NCBI GenBank assembly: GCA_017397935.1
Contig: JAFQHN010000001.1
Coordinates: 19,134 to 83,133 of the forward strand
Origin: Bacillota bacterium
Lineage (GTDB): Bacteria; Bacillota; Dehalobacteriia; UBA4068; UBA4997
Direction of reading: 5' to 3'
DNA: 64,000 nt
The notes below the pieces were generated by a model. The model worked only from the letters and a program-made list of their open reading frames with translations, was not told the origin of the DNA and did not search any database. Position numbers and translations under genes: made by a program. Positions 18,152-28,848 of this stretch are shown piece by piece (position 1 is the first letter of the stretch; the number at the start of each line of letters is the position of its first letter).

Positions 18152-19660
18152 TTAACCGCGCACACCCGGCACAGCCATAACAGCCTGAATATACAGCTCT
18201 GGGTTCATCAGCTGGTTGGCCGCCCTCAGCAAAATCTCTGTCACCGGCTGGGCCGCCAGACCAATACCGACCGACAGCAGCAGCAGCGCAAAGCAGCCGG
18301 GCAGCAGCCGTCCATATTTAATGCTCTTGGCGGATTCCGGCAGGGGTTTTTCCTCGCCCCAGAATACATAGAAGAAAATCTTGCTCATCGAGAACAGGGT
18401 GAAGAAGCCGGTAATCAGGGCGGCCGCCAAAATCCAGTAATTGCCAACCTGAACCGCAGCCTGCATCACCATAAATTTGCTGAAAAAGCCGGAAAGCGGC
18501 GGCAGGCCGGCCAGCGACATGGCCATCGCCAAAAAGCCCCAGCCCAACCACGGATATTTGTTGAGCAGACCGCCCATCTTCCGCAAATCGCCGGTGCCGG
18601 TAATCTGCTCGGTTACGCCCTCAAACAGAAAGAGGCCGGTTTTAATGATCATCTGGTTTGCAATATAAAACACAGCGCCGGCCAGCGACCAAACGGTATA
18701 CAGGCCCAGGCCCATAATCATATAACCTACCTGGCTGATTACATGAAAAGAAAGAATACCCTTAAAGTTCATGCGGGAGATGGCACCGAAAACGCCCAGC
18801 AGCATGGTAAACGCCGCCGCAATCAAAATGATGGTGTGAGTAAAGGCCACATTACCAACGAAAATCAAGGTGAAAACCCTGATCATGGCGTAAACGCCGA
18901 CCTTGGTAAGTACGCCGCCGAACATCGCCGCAATCGGAGCCGGAGGCTCGGTATAAGTATGAGGCAGCCAGAAGTACAGCGGGAACACCGCACCCTTTAA
19001 GCCAAACACCACAAAGAAAATCATCGCACAGACGGTGATAAGGCTCTGGTCTTCCACCATACTTATTTTCTGAGCCAGATCCGCCATATTCAGCGTGCCC
19101 ATCATGCCGTAAAGCATGGCCAGCGCGATCACGAAGATGGTGGAGGAGATCATGTTGAGGATTAAGTATTTGAAGGATTCTCTCAACTGCCCCAGAGAGT
19201 TGCCGATAACGCACAGCACATAGCTGGCCATCAGCATAATCTCAAACATTACATACAGGTTAAAAATATCACCGGTCACAAAGGAGCCGTTAATACCCAT
19301 CATAATGCAGAACCAGACGGGGTAGAAGTAGTTTTCCTCGCGCGCCTTATCCATGGTCACAAAGGCAGTATACAAACAGGCCGCCGACACAATGGAAATC
19401 AATATCACCATAATGGAGGAGAAAATATCCACCGCCAGCACGATACCAAACGGTGCCTGCCAGCCGGAGGCCGTGAAAACCAGCACAGTCTCGCCGTCTG
19501 CAACCTCGCTGAAAATCTTTAATGCCACACCGAGAGAAGTAAGCGCCGATATGCCGGCAATAACCCTCTGGATTTGAATATTACGGCCATGCAGAAACAT
19601 ACAGACGATGGCCGTGAACATCGGAATGATGATTGGCAGTGTAATCAAATTAGTGCTCAT
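18152..19660 (-). CDS. mrpD: Mrp antiporter subunit D (NuoN/ND2-like)
   Basis: 502 aa polytopic protein of the proton-pumping antiporter-like family. Overlaps mrpC. Confidence 0.88.
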   Translation of the reverse strand: MSTNLITLPIIIPMFTAIVCMFLHGRNIQIQRVIAGISALTSLGVALKIFSEVADGETVLVFTASGWQAPFGIVLAVDIFSSIMVILISIVSAACLYTAFVTMDKAREENYFYPVWFCIMMGINGSFVTGDIFNLYVMFEIMLMASYVLCVIGNSLGQLRESFKYLILNMISSTIFVIALAMLYGMMGTLNMADLAQKISMVEDQSLITVCAMIFFVVFGLKGAVFPLYFWLPHTYTEPPAPIAAMFGGVLTKVGVYAMIRVFTLIFVGNVAFTHTIILIAAAFTMLLGVFGAISRMNFKGILSFHVISQVGYMIMGLGLYTVWSLAGAVFYIANQMIIKTGLFLFEGVTEQITGTGDLRKMGGLLNKYPWLGWGFLAMAMSLAGLPPLSGFFSKFMVMQAAVQVGNYWILAAALITGFFTLFSMSKIFFYVFWGEEKPLPESAKSIKYGRLLPGCFALLLLSVGIGLAAQPVTEILLRAANQLMNPELYIQAVMAVPGVRG

Positions 19661-20003
19661 CGAAACTACCTCTCATTTGCTCAGTATCATCTGTACCCAA
19701 CTCCTGATAACAGCGGTAAGCCAGCACCAGACCAAAAGCCGTGGTGGCAAAGCCGATTACAATGGCCGTCAAAATCAACGCCTGGGGGATAGGATCCACA
19801 TAGACCGGATTTTCCACACCCTCAACAATGATGGGCGGCGCACCGCGTTTCAGCTTGCCCACTGTCATCAGCATCAGCAGCGTGCCATGAGAGAGAAATG
19901 CCGAGCCGATGATGATTCTGAGCAGCTTGCGGCTTAACATCATATACACGCCGATGGCAAATAGAATACCGATTAAGATTGAAATTAAAAGTTCCATAAC
20001 CAA
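19650..20003 (-). CDS. mrpC: Mrp antiporter subunit C (NuoK-like)
   Basis: 117 aa, three TM segments, MnhC-like. Confidence 0.85.
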   Translation of the reverse strand: MVMELLISILIGILFAIGVYMMLSRKLLRIIIGSAFLSHGTLLMLMTVGKLKRGAPPIIVEGVENPVYVDPIPQALILTAIVIGFATTAFGLVLAYRCYQELGTDDTEQMRGSFDEH

Positions 20004-20048
20004 GACCTCACAGTACCCAGTGCTTTGAACCCCAAAATTGCAGCAGGA

Positions 20049-20600
20049 TCATTTATTCTCACCGATATTTAAGATAATCGTCATACAGGTGCCGATTACC
20101 ACCAGAAAAACGCCAAAGTCAAAAACCGAGGCCGAGGTAAGCTCCCAGTTGCCGAAGAACGGAATATGAACATGACCGAAGGCGTGGGTCAAAAACGGCA
20201 TACCAAACAGGGTGCCCGCCACACCGGTGCCAAGCGCACAGGTCAAACCCATCGGCAGCAAAATGCGGGGAGATACCCTCATCGCATCGGGGAAAGGCTT
20301 GCCGAAGCACAGGTACAGCAGCACCATACCTCCGGCAATCATCAGGCCGGCAATAAAGCCGCCGCCCGGAGCATTATGCCCCGCCACCAGAATATACAGA
20401 CCGGCCAGCATGATGAAGCAAATTACCACCATGGAGGCAGTTTTTAATAAAATATTGTTGATACCGCCGCCTTTGGGCTCGTAATCATTTTCTACGGCCT
20501 CAATCACCTTACTGGTTTCAATGCGCTCCTCGCGCTTTTCCATCTCAGGGATAAGCTCGCCCAAGGGGTTTGAAGATTCTGTGTTTTTATTAACCATCAT
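20049..20600 (-). CDS. mrpB: Mrp antiporter subunit B
   Basis: ORF 20049..20630; start set at ATG 20600 behind GGAAGGAGAG. GHNAPGGGFIAGLM is the MnhB signature. Confidence 0.8.
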   Translation of the reverse strand: MMVNKNTESSNPLGELIPEMEKREERIETSKVIEAVENDYEPKGGGINNILLKTASMVVICFIMLAGLYILVAGHNAPGGGFIAGLMIAGGMVLLYLCFGKPFPDAMRVSPRILLPMGLTCALGTGVAGTLFGMPFLTHAFGHVHIPFFGNWELTSASVFDFGVFLVVIGTCMTIILNIGENK

Positions 20601-20655
20601 CAGCTCTCCTTCCCTACGGAATACATCCAAAATTCAGAATTAAGCACCTGACCAC

Positions 20656-23139
20656 TTACAGCGGACTTACGGGGAAGCGCAGATCCTCGTTATCCTGGAA
20701 GTACGGGTCAGTTTCGATAACCACGGTATCATGGCCGGTATCGTTAAAATCAGCCACTGCCGCACCGGAGGGCTCCACGCCGTGACGGTCATACAGATGG
20801 TTTCGTCCCAGCTTAATCACAATATAAACGCCGATGGCCGCAAGGCTTAAAACCGTGATCTCGCCCATGGTATCGAAGCCACGGAAGTCTACCAGCGTTA
20901 CGTTAACAATGTTGTTGCCGCCGCCCAGAGTCTTGGAATTTTCATTATAGAACCAGGCGATGGTATCGAAGTATTTGCAGCCCTGGCCCAGCATCGAAAC
21001 GGTGAAGGCCACCAAACCAACCAGACAGCCGATAAGCGCGTTGACGGTGCGCCGGCCGTTGGGGGTGGGCGGATTATCGGGGATCATGCCGTAAGGCAGC
21101 TTGTAAAGCACCAGCAGATAAAGCACGGTACTGATAGTTTCCACCATCAGCTGAGTAAGTGCCAGGTCCGGTGCGCGCATAATAACAAAATAGAAAGAAA
21201 CACAGAAGCCCACAACGCTGAGTGCCAGAATGGCCCAAATGCGCCGCTTGAAGGTGGCCACCGCCAGCGCCGCCAGCGCAGCTACCACAGCCAGCGTGAT
21301 TTCCAGCATATCCACCGGGGCCAGATCAGAGAGGTCGATCATGCTCCAAACATTAAAGTAAATCATCGGGCCAAGGATGAACAGAAGCGCACCCAGGAAG
21401 GTACCGGCCACATAATCACTCAGGCGGCCGTTAACATGGCTGTCCATCATCTTGCCGACAAAACCGGGGAAGCCGTGCAGGAACTTCTGATAAGCGGCCT
21501 CTGCCCCATGGTTAAGCTGATAAGACAGGAACAGGTTTTTAACCCAATCATAAGCACGGTAAACCAGCAGGCCGCAGGCCACCACAATGCAGGTCATGAT
21601 CAACGCGGGGGTTACACCGTGCCAGAAGGCAATATGGGCATCATAAGCCACCTGCGCCACCGACTGCACCGCACCCTTAACCAGCAGATTATAAGTCTGA
21701 TTGGGCACAACAGCGATAATAATGTTTAAGCTGACCAGCGCCAGAGCCGGGATCAGCATACCCAGGCTGCCCTCTTTGGGGTACTTGGGTGTGGTGGTGG
21801 TAACCTTTTCTCCGCGGAAGATCTTGCAGAACAGGGCCACCGAATATACAAAGGTAAAGATGCTGGCCACCACCGCCACAAACGGAATGAGGTAAGCCAA
21901 ATCACCCATAAAGGCCAAATTGGAGGAATGTGCCTCGGCTGCGGCCTCCATAAACATTTCTTTGCTGAGGAAACCGGAGAACGGCGGCAGGCCGGCCATG
22001 GAGAAACCGCCGATGCAGGCAACCAGCGCCGACAGCGGCATAACCTTGGCCAAACCGTGCAGCAGGCGCACATCACGGGTACCGGTTTGATGGTCAACCA
22101 CGCCGGTCATCAGGAACAAGCTGCCCTTAAAGGCCGAATGGTTGAGCAAATGGAACAAACCGCCGGCAATGGCAGCCTCGGTGCCAAAGCCAAACAGCGC
22201 AATAATCAAACCCAGCTGGCTGATGGTGGAGTAAGCCAGAATACCCTTCATATCAAACTGACGAATGGCCATCAGAGAGCCAAACAGCAGCGAGGACAGA
22301 CCAACCACCGTAATAATGCCGCCCCAAAGTGCGGTGCCGCCCAGAACAGGCGTCATACGGGCGATTAAGTAAATACCGGCCTTAACCATGGTGGCCGAGT
22401 GCAGATAACAGCTGATCGGGGTGGGTGCTTCCATAGCGGTGGGCAGCCAGATGTGGAACGGAACCTGTGCGCTCTTGGTAAAAGCACCGATAAGCAGCAG
22501 AATAACCATCGCCGGATACAGCGGGCTGGCCTGCAAAACATCAGCCGAGCGCAGCAAATCATCAATAGCAAAGCTGCCGGCCACATGACCGATTAAAAGG
22601 ATGGCAGCCAGCATGGACAAACCGCCGGCCATGGTAAGCAGCAGCGCTTTTTGGGCTCCCAGACGGGGATTTTCCTTCTCATACCAGAAGCCGATAAGCA
22701 GGAACGAGGAAACCGAGGTAAGCTCCCAGAACATATACATACAAATCAGATTGGCGGATGTGCAGACACCCAGCATGGCCCCCATAAACAGCATAATGAA
22801 GGTATAGAAATTTCCCAAACGCTCATTATGGTGCAGATAAAAGATGGAGTAAATCATTACCGCCAGGCCGATGCCGCTGATAAGCAGCACAAACAGCATG
22901 GAAAGACCGTCCAGCCGCACGGCCAGATCAAGCCCCAGGTTAGAAACCCACGAATATCTGAAAGCCACCGTCTGACCGGCGTTTACCTTGGGCAGCAGCG
23001 ACAAAAACGAGGCAAACAGCGCCAGCGGCACCAACACCGCCGCATAACCAACTTTATCTTTGAGGATTTTGCTGAGCAGCGGCATTAAAAAAGCAGCGGC
23101 AAAAGGAAGCAAAACCAAACCCAAAAGCATAAACCGCAC
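20656..23139 (-). CDS. mrpA: Mrp antiporter subunit A (NuoL-like, with C-terminal MnhB-like domain)
   Basis: 827 aa, NuoL/ND5-type polytopic protein. First gene of the cluster. Confidence 0.9.
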   Translation of the reverse strand: MRFMLLGLVLLPFAAAFLMPLLSKILKDKVGYAAVLVPLALFASFLSLLPKVNAGQTVAFRYSWVSNLGLDLAVRLDGLSMLFVLLISGIGLAVMIYSIFYLHHNERLGNFYTFIMLFMGAMLGVCTSANLICMYMFWELTSVSSFLLIGFWYEKENPRLGAQKALLLTMAGGLSMLAAILLIGHVAGSFAIDDLLRSADVLQASPLYPAMVILLLIGAFTKSAQVPFHIWLPTAMEAPTPISCYLHSATMVKAGIYLIARMTPVLGGTALWGGIITVVGLSSLLFGSLMAIRQFDMKGILAYSTISQLGLIIALFGFGTEAAIAGGLFHLLNHSAFKGSLFLMTGVVDHQTGTRDVRLLHGLAKVMPLSALVACIGGFSMAGLPPFSGFLSKEMFMEAAAEAHSSNLAFMGDLAYLIPFVAVVASIFTFVYSVALFCKIFRGEKVTTTTPKYPKEGSLGMLIPALALVSLNIIIAVVPNQTYNLLVKGAVQSVAQVAYDAHIAFWHGVTPALIMTCIVVACGLLVYRAYDWVKNLFLSYQLNHGAEAAYQKFLHGFPGFVGKMMDSHVNGRLSDYVAGTFLGALLFILGPMIYFNVWSMIDLSDLAPVDMLEITLAVVAALAALAVATFKRRIWAILALSVVGFCVSFYFVIMRAPDLALTQLMVETISTVLYLLVLYKLPYGMIPDNPPTPNGRRTVNALIGCLVGLVAFTVSMLGQGCKYFDTIAWFYNENSKTLGGGNNIVNVTLVDFRGFDTMGEITVLSLAAIGVYIVIKLGRNHLYDRHGVEPSGAAVADFNDTGHDTVVIETDPYFQDNEDLRFPVSPL

Positions 23140-23470
23140 CTCCTCTTAAATATCCTACGCAGCCGGCAAAACCGTAAGCTGTGTAAAAAATCTGCAAAAA
23201 ATAACTTAAAAAAACCTTACACTATAAATTTATCATGCCTGTATAAATACTTTATTAACGGCTCCGTACAATATGGCATAATATGACCCTATTTATAGAA
23301 TCTATTTAACATTACATAAATAATAGCACTTTGTGCAAGAAAATGCCATACCTTTGCAGCAAAATCTTCTTAATCATCACTTTATTTTGCCATAATATCA
23401 TGTCTTTGCAGGTTTGCTTTTGCCGCCTGTGAAAAATCTGTGAAAAACCTGTCAAATTTAACAAAACCCC

Positions 23471-23499
23471 TTTACAATGCACCTTTGCTGTGCTATAAT
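23471..23499 (+). promoter_or_regulatory. Sigma-A type promoter of rpmE
   Basis: TTTACA, 17-nt spacer, TGcTATAAT. Leaves a ~130-nt 5' UTR before ATG 23640. Confidence 0.65.
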
Positions 23500-23639
23500 T
23501 GTTAGGCTATTGAAAAGATGGCGTTCCCTGTGATTGGGTTGAATATTTTGCCCAAGGGGGCGTTTGTTTTGAGAGTACGGTGCGGAAGTTGATACCCGCG
23601 CCGGCAAAAGCGAGAAACAACAGAAAGAGGTGAATTCGT

Positions 23640-23843
23640 ATGAAGGAAGGTATCCATCCTAAGTATCAGGAAATCGAAGTAACTTGTGCTTGCGGCAATA
23701 AGTTTATGACCGGTTCCACCAACAGCGAAATCAAGGTGGAAGTTTGCTCTAAGTGCCATCCCTTTTACACCGGCAGCAAGCGTCTGATGGTTGAAGCAGG
23801 CGGCCGTGTTGACAAGTTTAAGAAAAAGTACGGCCTCAAATAA
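23640..23843 (+). CDS. rpmE: 50S ribosomal protein L31 (Zn-ribbon type)
   Basis: 67 aa, [22 protein letters not shown]...[10 protein letters not shown]. Confidence 0.95.
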   Translation: MKEGIHPKYQEIEVTCACGNKFMTGSTNSEIKVEVCSKCHPFYTGSKRLMVEAGGRVDKFKKKYGLK

Positions 23844-23944
23844 TTCTACTGAATTTGGTCGGATGAAACCCTCGATATGGCATTCTCCTTTTTTTGAGGA
23901 CTTACGGCAGATTCCTGCCGGGAATAAAATTCTGAGGATTGTGG

Positions 23945-23979
23945 GCGGTGATGCTACTTCGGTAGTTTCACCGCTTTTT
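23945..23979 (+). terminator. Intrinsic terminator of rpmE
   Basis: GCGGTGATGCTAC-TTCG-GTAGTTTCACCGC followed by TTTTT. Confidence 0.8.
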
Positions 23980-24121
23980 CACTATAAAAAAGCTGTTAAA
24001 AAGGCTGTTATGCCGTATGGATTTTATGTTATAATTATAATAAGGAAGATTTTTGGCCGGATACTTGATATTGGCTCAATATTAGCCAGTTAAAGTGAGT
24101 GTATTATGTTGTAAATGCGGA

Positions 24122-24324
24122 GGCAAACTGCAAGGGTTTGCCGAAAGGAGATAAAGGTATAAATCCCAAAACTCCAAGTGTACAATAGTGTGGATATGAA
24201 AGCAAACTAAAAGGGTTTGCAGAAAGGAGATAAAGGTATAAAAGCCTAATACTCCAAGTGTGTAATGGTGTAGATATGAAAGCAAGCCGTAAAAGGTTTG
24301 CAGAAAGGAGATAAAGTATAAAAA
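24122..24324. repeat. Three tandem 79-81 bp units (reverse orientation of the TTTATACC family) ending at the start codon of the DUF1385 gene
   Basis: GTTTGC(C/A)GAAAGGAGATAAAGGTATAAA... occurs three times (~24137, 24216, 24297). The last copy supplies the RBS for ATG 24325. Confidence 0.8.
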
Positions 24325-25338
24325 ATGCCGAAAAATAATCAACCGGAATATTTTGGCGGCCAGGCGCTGATTGAGGGCGTGATGATGCAGGGGACGCAGG
24401 GTTATGCCATGGCGTCGCGCACACCGGACGGCCGCATTGTCTATAAAACCGGCAAGCGTAAATCCATCAAAAGCCGCCACAAGCTGCTGACGCTGCCGCT
24501 GATCCGCGGCGTGGTATCCTTTGCCGAATCAATGTATGTGGGGTTTTCTTCCCTCACCTGGTCAGCCTTCCAGGCCGGCGAGGAAGAGGAGGACAAGCTG
24601 ACCTGGCAGGATATGGTGCTGGCCATCGGTATGGCCTTGGTGCTGACGGCGGTTTTCTTTGTTATCCTGCCGGTATTTCTCGCCTCGTTCACGCTGGATT
24701 ATCTGGGGCCGTTTGGCCGCAGTTTGATAGAGGGCCTGATCCGTGTGGCGCTGTTTTTGGGGTATGTGGTGGCCATCCGCCAAATCCCTGATGTGGCGCG
24801 GGTTTTTGAATACCACGGGGCCGAGCATAAAACCATCAACGCCTGGGAGGCCGGCCTGCCGCTGACGGTGGAGAATATCCAGAAGCAATCGCGCATCAAC
24901 TGCCGCTGCGGCACCAGTTTTATTGTGATGAGCCTGATTATGATGGTGCTTATCTTCACTTTTGTGGGCAATACCAGCGTAATCGGCCGCATTATCACCA
25001 AGCTGGTGGCCATGCCGGTGGTTATGGGTGTGGCCTATGAGGTCTTCCGCCTGCCGCTGAAATACCCCGACAACCCGATTGTAAAAATACTGATTGCGCC
25101 CGGCTTGCAGCTGCAAAGGCTGACCACCAAAGAGCCGGATGCCAGGGAAATTGAGGTGGCCATGGCTGCGCTGTTGAAGGTGCCCGCCTTCCCCGGTGCC
25201 GCCGATAATGAGCTGCCGCCTAAGATGATTGATGAATTAACCTTGCAGGCCGAGCAGGCCGCCAAAAACAAGGCCAAAGATAATCTGAACAACAATGTTA
25301 ATAATGAAAATACAATTTTGACCACGGAGGGAATTTAA
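24325..25338 (+). CDS. DUF1385 (YqhQ-like) membrane protein
   Basis: 337 aa. [15 protein letters not shown]-terminus, multiple TM segments, and the conserved position upstream of prfA-prmC. Confidence 0.75.
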   Translation: MPKNNQPEYFGGQALIEGVMMQGTQGYAMASRTPDGRIVYKTGKRKSIKSRHKLLTLPLIRGVVSFAESMYVGFSSLTWSAFQAGEEEEDKLTWQDMVLAIGMALVLTAVFFVILPVFLASFTLDYLGPFGRSLIEGLIRVALFLGYVVAIRQIPDVARVFEYHGAEHKTINAWEAGLPLTVENIQKQSRINCRCGTSFIVMSLIMMVLIFTFVGNTSVIGRIITKLVAMPVVMGVAYEVFRLPLKYPDNPIVKILIAPGLQLQRLTTKEPDAREIEVAMAALLKVPAFPGAADNELPPKMIDELTLQAEQAAKNKAKDNLNNNVNNENTILTTEGI

Positions 25339-26405
25339 TGCTGGAAAAACTTGCCGCCCTGGCGGAAAAATATGACGCTTTGACCGAAGATATCTCCAAC
25401 CCCGAAATTATTGCTGACCAGGCCAACTGGCAAAAGCTGATGAAGGCGCACGCCGATATGGAGCCTATCGTGCTGACTTACCGTGAATATAAGCAGGCGC
25501 TGGACGGCATTGAGGATGCCAAAGAGCTGCTGGAAATTGAGAAAGACGCCGAAATGCGTGAGCTGGCGCAGGCGGAATTGGATGAGTTGAAAGAGACCTC
25601 GGCGGATTTGGAGCAGCAGTTGAAGATTTTGCTGCTGCCCAAAGACCCCAACGATGAAAAGAACGTTATTTTGGAGATTCGCGCCGGTACCGGCGGCGAG
25701 GAGGCCGGCCTGTTTGCCGGTGATTTGCAGAAGATGTATAGCCGCTATGCCGACCGCATGGGTTGGCGGCAGGAGGTGCTGTCCAGCAGCTATACCGACC
25801 TTGGCGGCATCAAGGAAATCGTTATTCTGGTGGAGGGCCGCGGCGCATACAGCAAGCTGAAATTTGAAAGCGGCGTACACCGTGTGCAGCGTGTGCCCGA
25901 GACTGAATCCGGCGGCCGTATTCACACATCTGCCGCCACCGTGGCGGTGCTGCCCGAGGCCGAGGAGGTAGAGCTGGAATTTGCCCCCGGTGATATTCGT
26001 GTGGATCTGTTCTGTGCCAGCGGCCCCGGCGGCCAGTGCGTAAACACCACCCAGAGTGCGGTGAGACTTACGCACATCCCCACCGGCATTGTGGTTAGCT
26101 GCCAGGATGAGAAGAATCAGCACAAAAACCGTGAGCAGGCCGAGAAAGTTCTGCGCGCCCGTGTTTTGGAGAAGATGATGCAGGAGGCCCACGGCTCCGA
26201 GGCCGAGCAGCGCAAATCCATGGTGGGCAGCGGTGACAGATCGGAGCGTATCCGCACTTACAACTTCCCGCAGGGGCGTGTTACCGACCACCGCATTGGC
26301 CTTACCCTGCACAAGCTGGATACCATTTTGCAGGGCTTTATTGATGAGCTGATTGAGGCGCTTATCACCACCGACCAGGCCGAGAAGCTGAAAGCTGTGG
26401 ATTAA
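25338..26405 (+). CDS. prfA: Peptide chain release factor 1
   Basis: 355 aa. PET-type recognition region and the GGQ motif ([23 protein letters not shown]). Confidence 0.95.
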   Translation: MLEKLAALAEKYDALTEDISNPEIIADQANWQKLMKAHADMEPIVLTYREYKQALDGIEDAKELLEIEKDAEMRELAQAELDELKETSADLEQQLKILLLPKDPNDEKNVILEIRAGTGGEEAGLFAGDLQKMYSRYADRMGWRQEVLSSSYTDLGGIKEIVILVEGRGAYSKLKFESGVHRVQRVPETESGGRIHTSAATVAVLPEAEEVELEFAPGDIRVDLFCASGPGGQCVNTTQSAVRLTHIPTGIVVSCQDEKNQHKNREQAEKVLRARVLEKMMQEAHGSEAEQRKSMVGSGDRSERIRTYNFPQGRVTDHRIGLTLHKLDTILQGFIDELIEALITTDQAEKLKAVD

Positions 26406-26406
26406 A

Positions 26407-27228
26407 ATGCGCCTGACCGATTTATTGACCGAGCTGAAAAGCGTGCTGCCTGCCGCCGAGCATGAAGTTCTGTGGCTGCTCTCGCATTATTGGGGGCAGA
26501 GCAAAAGCCAAATGCTGCTGCACCGCCAGCAGCAGGTGCCGGCCGAGGTAGAGGCTGAGGTACGCCGGGCCGCCGCACGCCGGGCAGAGGGTGAGCCGCT
26601 GCAATACATCACCGGTTTGCAGCCCTTCTGGGATTTCGAGCTGATAGTTTCACCGGCCGTGCTGATTCCCCGTTGGGACAGCGAGGTGGTGATCGAGCAG
26701 GCCCTGTCGCTGCTGCCGCAGGATGAACCGCAGCAGGTGGCCGATATTTGCACCGGCAGCGGTGCCTATGCGCTGGCCATTAAGCACAGCCGGCCATTGG
26801 CAGCAGTAACTGCCGCCGACATCAGCAAGGATGCGCTGGATATTGCCCGCCAAAATGCCGCCAAATATGATCTGGCGGTGGATTTTAAGCAGGGCGATTT
26901 GTTATCCGCGCTGCCGCAGAGTGCTGAATTTAATTTGATTGTCAGCAATCCGCCTTACATCCGCAGCGATGAGATTTTGCCGGCCGATGTCCGCCGGGAG
27001 CCTGCGCTGGCGCTGTTTGGCGGCGAGGACGGTCTGGATTTTTACCGCCGCCTGGCAGCCGAGGCCGCAGATTACCTGCTGCCCGGTGGGTTTTTGCTGC
27101 TGGAAATCGGCTGTGAGCAGGCCGAAGCCGTAAGTGAGCTGCTGCGTGAGGCCGGTTTTGTCAACATCTGCCACGGACAGGACCTGGCGGGCTTAAACCG
27201 CTGGGTGCAGGGGCAGAAAGCTAACTAA
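26407..27228 (+). CDS. prmC: Release factor glutamine N5-methyltransferase
   Basis: 273 aa. SAM-binding DICTGSG and the NPPY motif. Immediately follows prfA. Confidence 0.9.
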   Translation: MRLTDLLTELKSVLPAAEHEVLWLLSHYWGQSKSQMLLHRQQQVPAEVEAEVRRAAARRAEGEPLQYITGLQPFWDFELIVSPAVLIPRWDSEVVIEQALSLLPQDEPQQVADICTGSGAYALAIKHSRPLAAVTAADISKDALDIARQNAAKYDLAVDFKQGDLLSALPQSAEFNLIVSNPPYIRSDEILPADVRREPALALFGGEDGLDFYRRLAAEAADYLLPGGFLLLEIGCEQAEAVSELLREAGFVNICHGQDLAGLNRWVQGQKAN

Positions 27229-27252
27229 AATAGAAGGAGGTGCGCCGAAATC

Positions 27253-28308
27253 ATGGGAGCCGAACATAAATATGATACCAAAATCGTCAGCTATTTTTGT
27301 GAGGAAAATCTGACGGAGATGTTTGCCGAGGCCGCGCGCCTGCTGAATAACGGTGAGCTGGTGGCCTTCCCGACCGAAACGGTGTACGGTCTGGGCGCCA
27401 ACGCCTATGACGCCGATGCCTGTGCCAAAATTTATCAGGCCAAGGGCCGCCCCTCCGATAACCCGTTGATCGTGCATATTGCCGATGAGGCGCAGGCCGA
27501 TGAGCTGGCCGAGGTTTCTGATCTGGCACGCCGCCTGATGGCCGAATTCTGGCCGGGACCGCTGACGCTGGTGCTGCCTGCCAAGCCGGTTTTGCCCTCT
27601 GTTGCCACCGGCGGCTTAAACACCGTGGGCCTGCGTATGCCTGCCCACCCTGCCGCGCTGGATTTACTGCGTGCCGCCAAAGTGCCCGTTGCCGCCCCCA
27701 GCGCCAATCTTAGCGGGCGCCCCAGCCCTACTGCCGCTTACCATGTCTATGAGGATATGCAGGGCAAAATTCCACTGATCATTGACGGCGGCGAGGCCGC
27801 AGCCGGTCTGGAATCCACCGTGCTGGATCTGGCATCGCCGGTACCGGCAATTTTGCGTCCCGGTGTGATAACATCAGCCGATTTGGCCGAGTTTATACCC
27901 GGCCTGGCCGAGGAAACACGCCTGCCGGAGGGTGGTATCGCCCGTGCACCCGGCATGAAGTACCGCCATTACGCCCCCAAAGCCAAGGTTATCCTCTGCC
28001 CGCCCGCTGCAATTTATGACACCTATGTGGCGGCATGGCAGCGTTTTGTGGATGAGGGCAACTTGCAGCCAAAAATTGCCGTGCTGGCCAGTATGCAGGG
28101 TATGCGCGGTTTGGCGCAGGCCGAGCATTGTTTCCTGCTGGGTGATGATTTGGAGCAGGTGGCGCAGAATCTGTTTGCCGCGCTGCGCTGGACGGATGAG
28201 ATAAACGCCGATTTGGTGCTGGCCGAGGTCTTCCCCGAGCACGGTTTGGGGCTGGCGGTGATGAACCGCCTGAAAAAAGCCGCCGGTGCGGCCAATGACA
28301 AGCTGTAA
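27253..28308 (+). CDS. tsaC: L-threonylcarbamoyladenylate synthase (Sua5/YwlC type)
   Basis: 351 aa. VAFPTETVYGLGANA, KGRPSDNPLIVH and a Sua5 C-terminal domain. Confidence 0.88.
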   Translation: MGAEHKYDTKIVSYFCEENLTEMFAEAARLLNNGELVAFPTETVYGLGANAYDADACAKIYQAKGRPSDNPLIVHIADEAQADELAEVSDLARRLMAEFWPGPLTLVLPAKPVLPSVATGGLNTVGLRMPAHPAALDLLRAAKVPVAAPSANLSGRPSPTAAYHVYEDMQGKIPLIIDGGEAAAGLESTVLDLASPVPAILRPGVITSADLAEFIPGLAEETRLPEGGIARAPGMKYRHYAPKAKVILCPPAAIYDTYVAAWQRFVDEGNLQPKIAVLASMQGMRGLAQAEHCFLLGDDLEQVAQNLFAALRWTDEINADLVLAEVFPEHGLGLAVMNRLKKAAGAANDKL

Positions 28309-28363
28309 GTAAATTATACACCGTACTTTATATAAACCGTACTTTACAAGGAGGTTTGATAAT

Positions 28364-28807
28364 ATGCTGAGAATTCTTTTTGTCTGCACGGGCAACACCT
28401 GCCGCAGCCCCATGGCCGAGGCGATGTTTCAGGCCAAAATGCCGCAGATGGAGGTTACTTCGGCCGGCGTGGGGGCCGTAAGCGGGCTTCCGCCCAGCAT
28501 TGGCGCGGTGGATGCCATGAACAGCCGCGGACTTAACATTGACCACCACCGCAGCCGCAGCCTGTCCTCTTATCTGCTGGCAGATGCCGATTTGGTGCTG
28601 ACGATGGGCCAAAGCCACAAGCAGGTAATTTTATCTGCGCTGCCGGAGCTTAGTGATAAGGTTTTCACTCTTAGCGAATATGTGGGCGAGCAGGGTGATA
28701 TTGCCGACCCCTTTGGCGGTGATTTTGAGGAATACGCCGCCTGTGCCGACCAAATTGAGGCCCTGCTGGACAAATTGGCCGCCAAACTGGCTGATCAAAC
28801 AGAATAA
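28364..28807 (+). CDS. ywlE: Low-molecular-weight protein arginine/tyrosine phosphatase
   Basis: 147 aa. Active-site CTGNTCRS and a DP motif near the C-terminus. Synteny with ywlC and ywlF. Confidence 0.85.
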   Translation: MLRILFVCTGNTCRSPMAEAMFQAKMPQMEVTSAGVGAVSGLPPSIGAVDAMNSRGLNIDHHRSRSLSSYLLADADLVLTMGQSHKQVILSALPELSDKVFTLSEYVGEQGDIADPFGGDFEEYAACADQIEALLDKLAAKLADQTE

Positions 28808-28848
28808 CGCATAATAAATCCTTGGCAAAAAAGGATAATCAACAATTA

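Noticed and set aside
16731-23139. Considered whether the seven membrane-protein genes were a respiratory complex I fragment.
   Set aside because: - Gene order, sizes and signatures match the MrpABCDEFG/Mnh cation-proton antiporter: a NuoL-like A, NuoK-like C, NuoN-like D, plus the E, F and G subunits specific to Mrp.
- No NuoB/C/D/I-type subunits are present.
23791-24093. 100-aa + ORF downstream of rpmE.
   Set aside because: - It starts inside rpmE in another frame and runs across the rpmE terminator hairpin.
- It has no RBS and no recognisable sequence.
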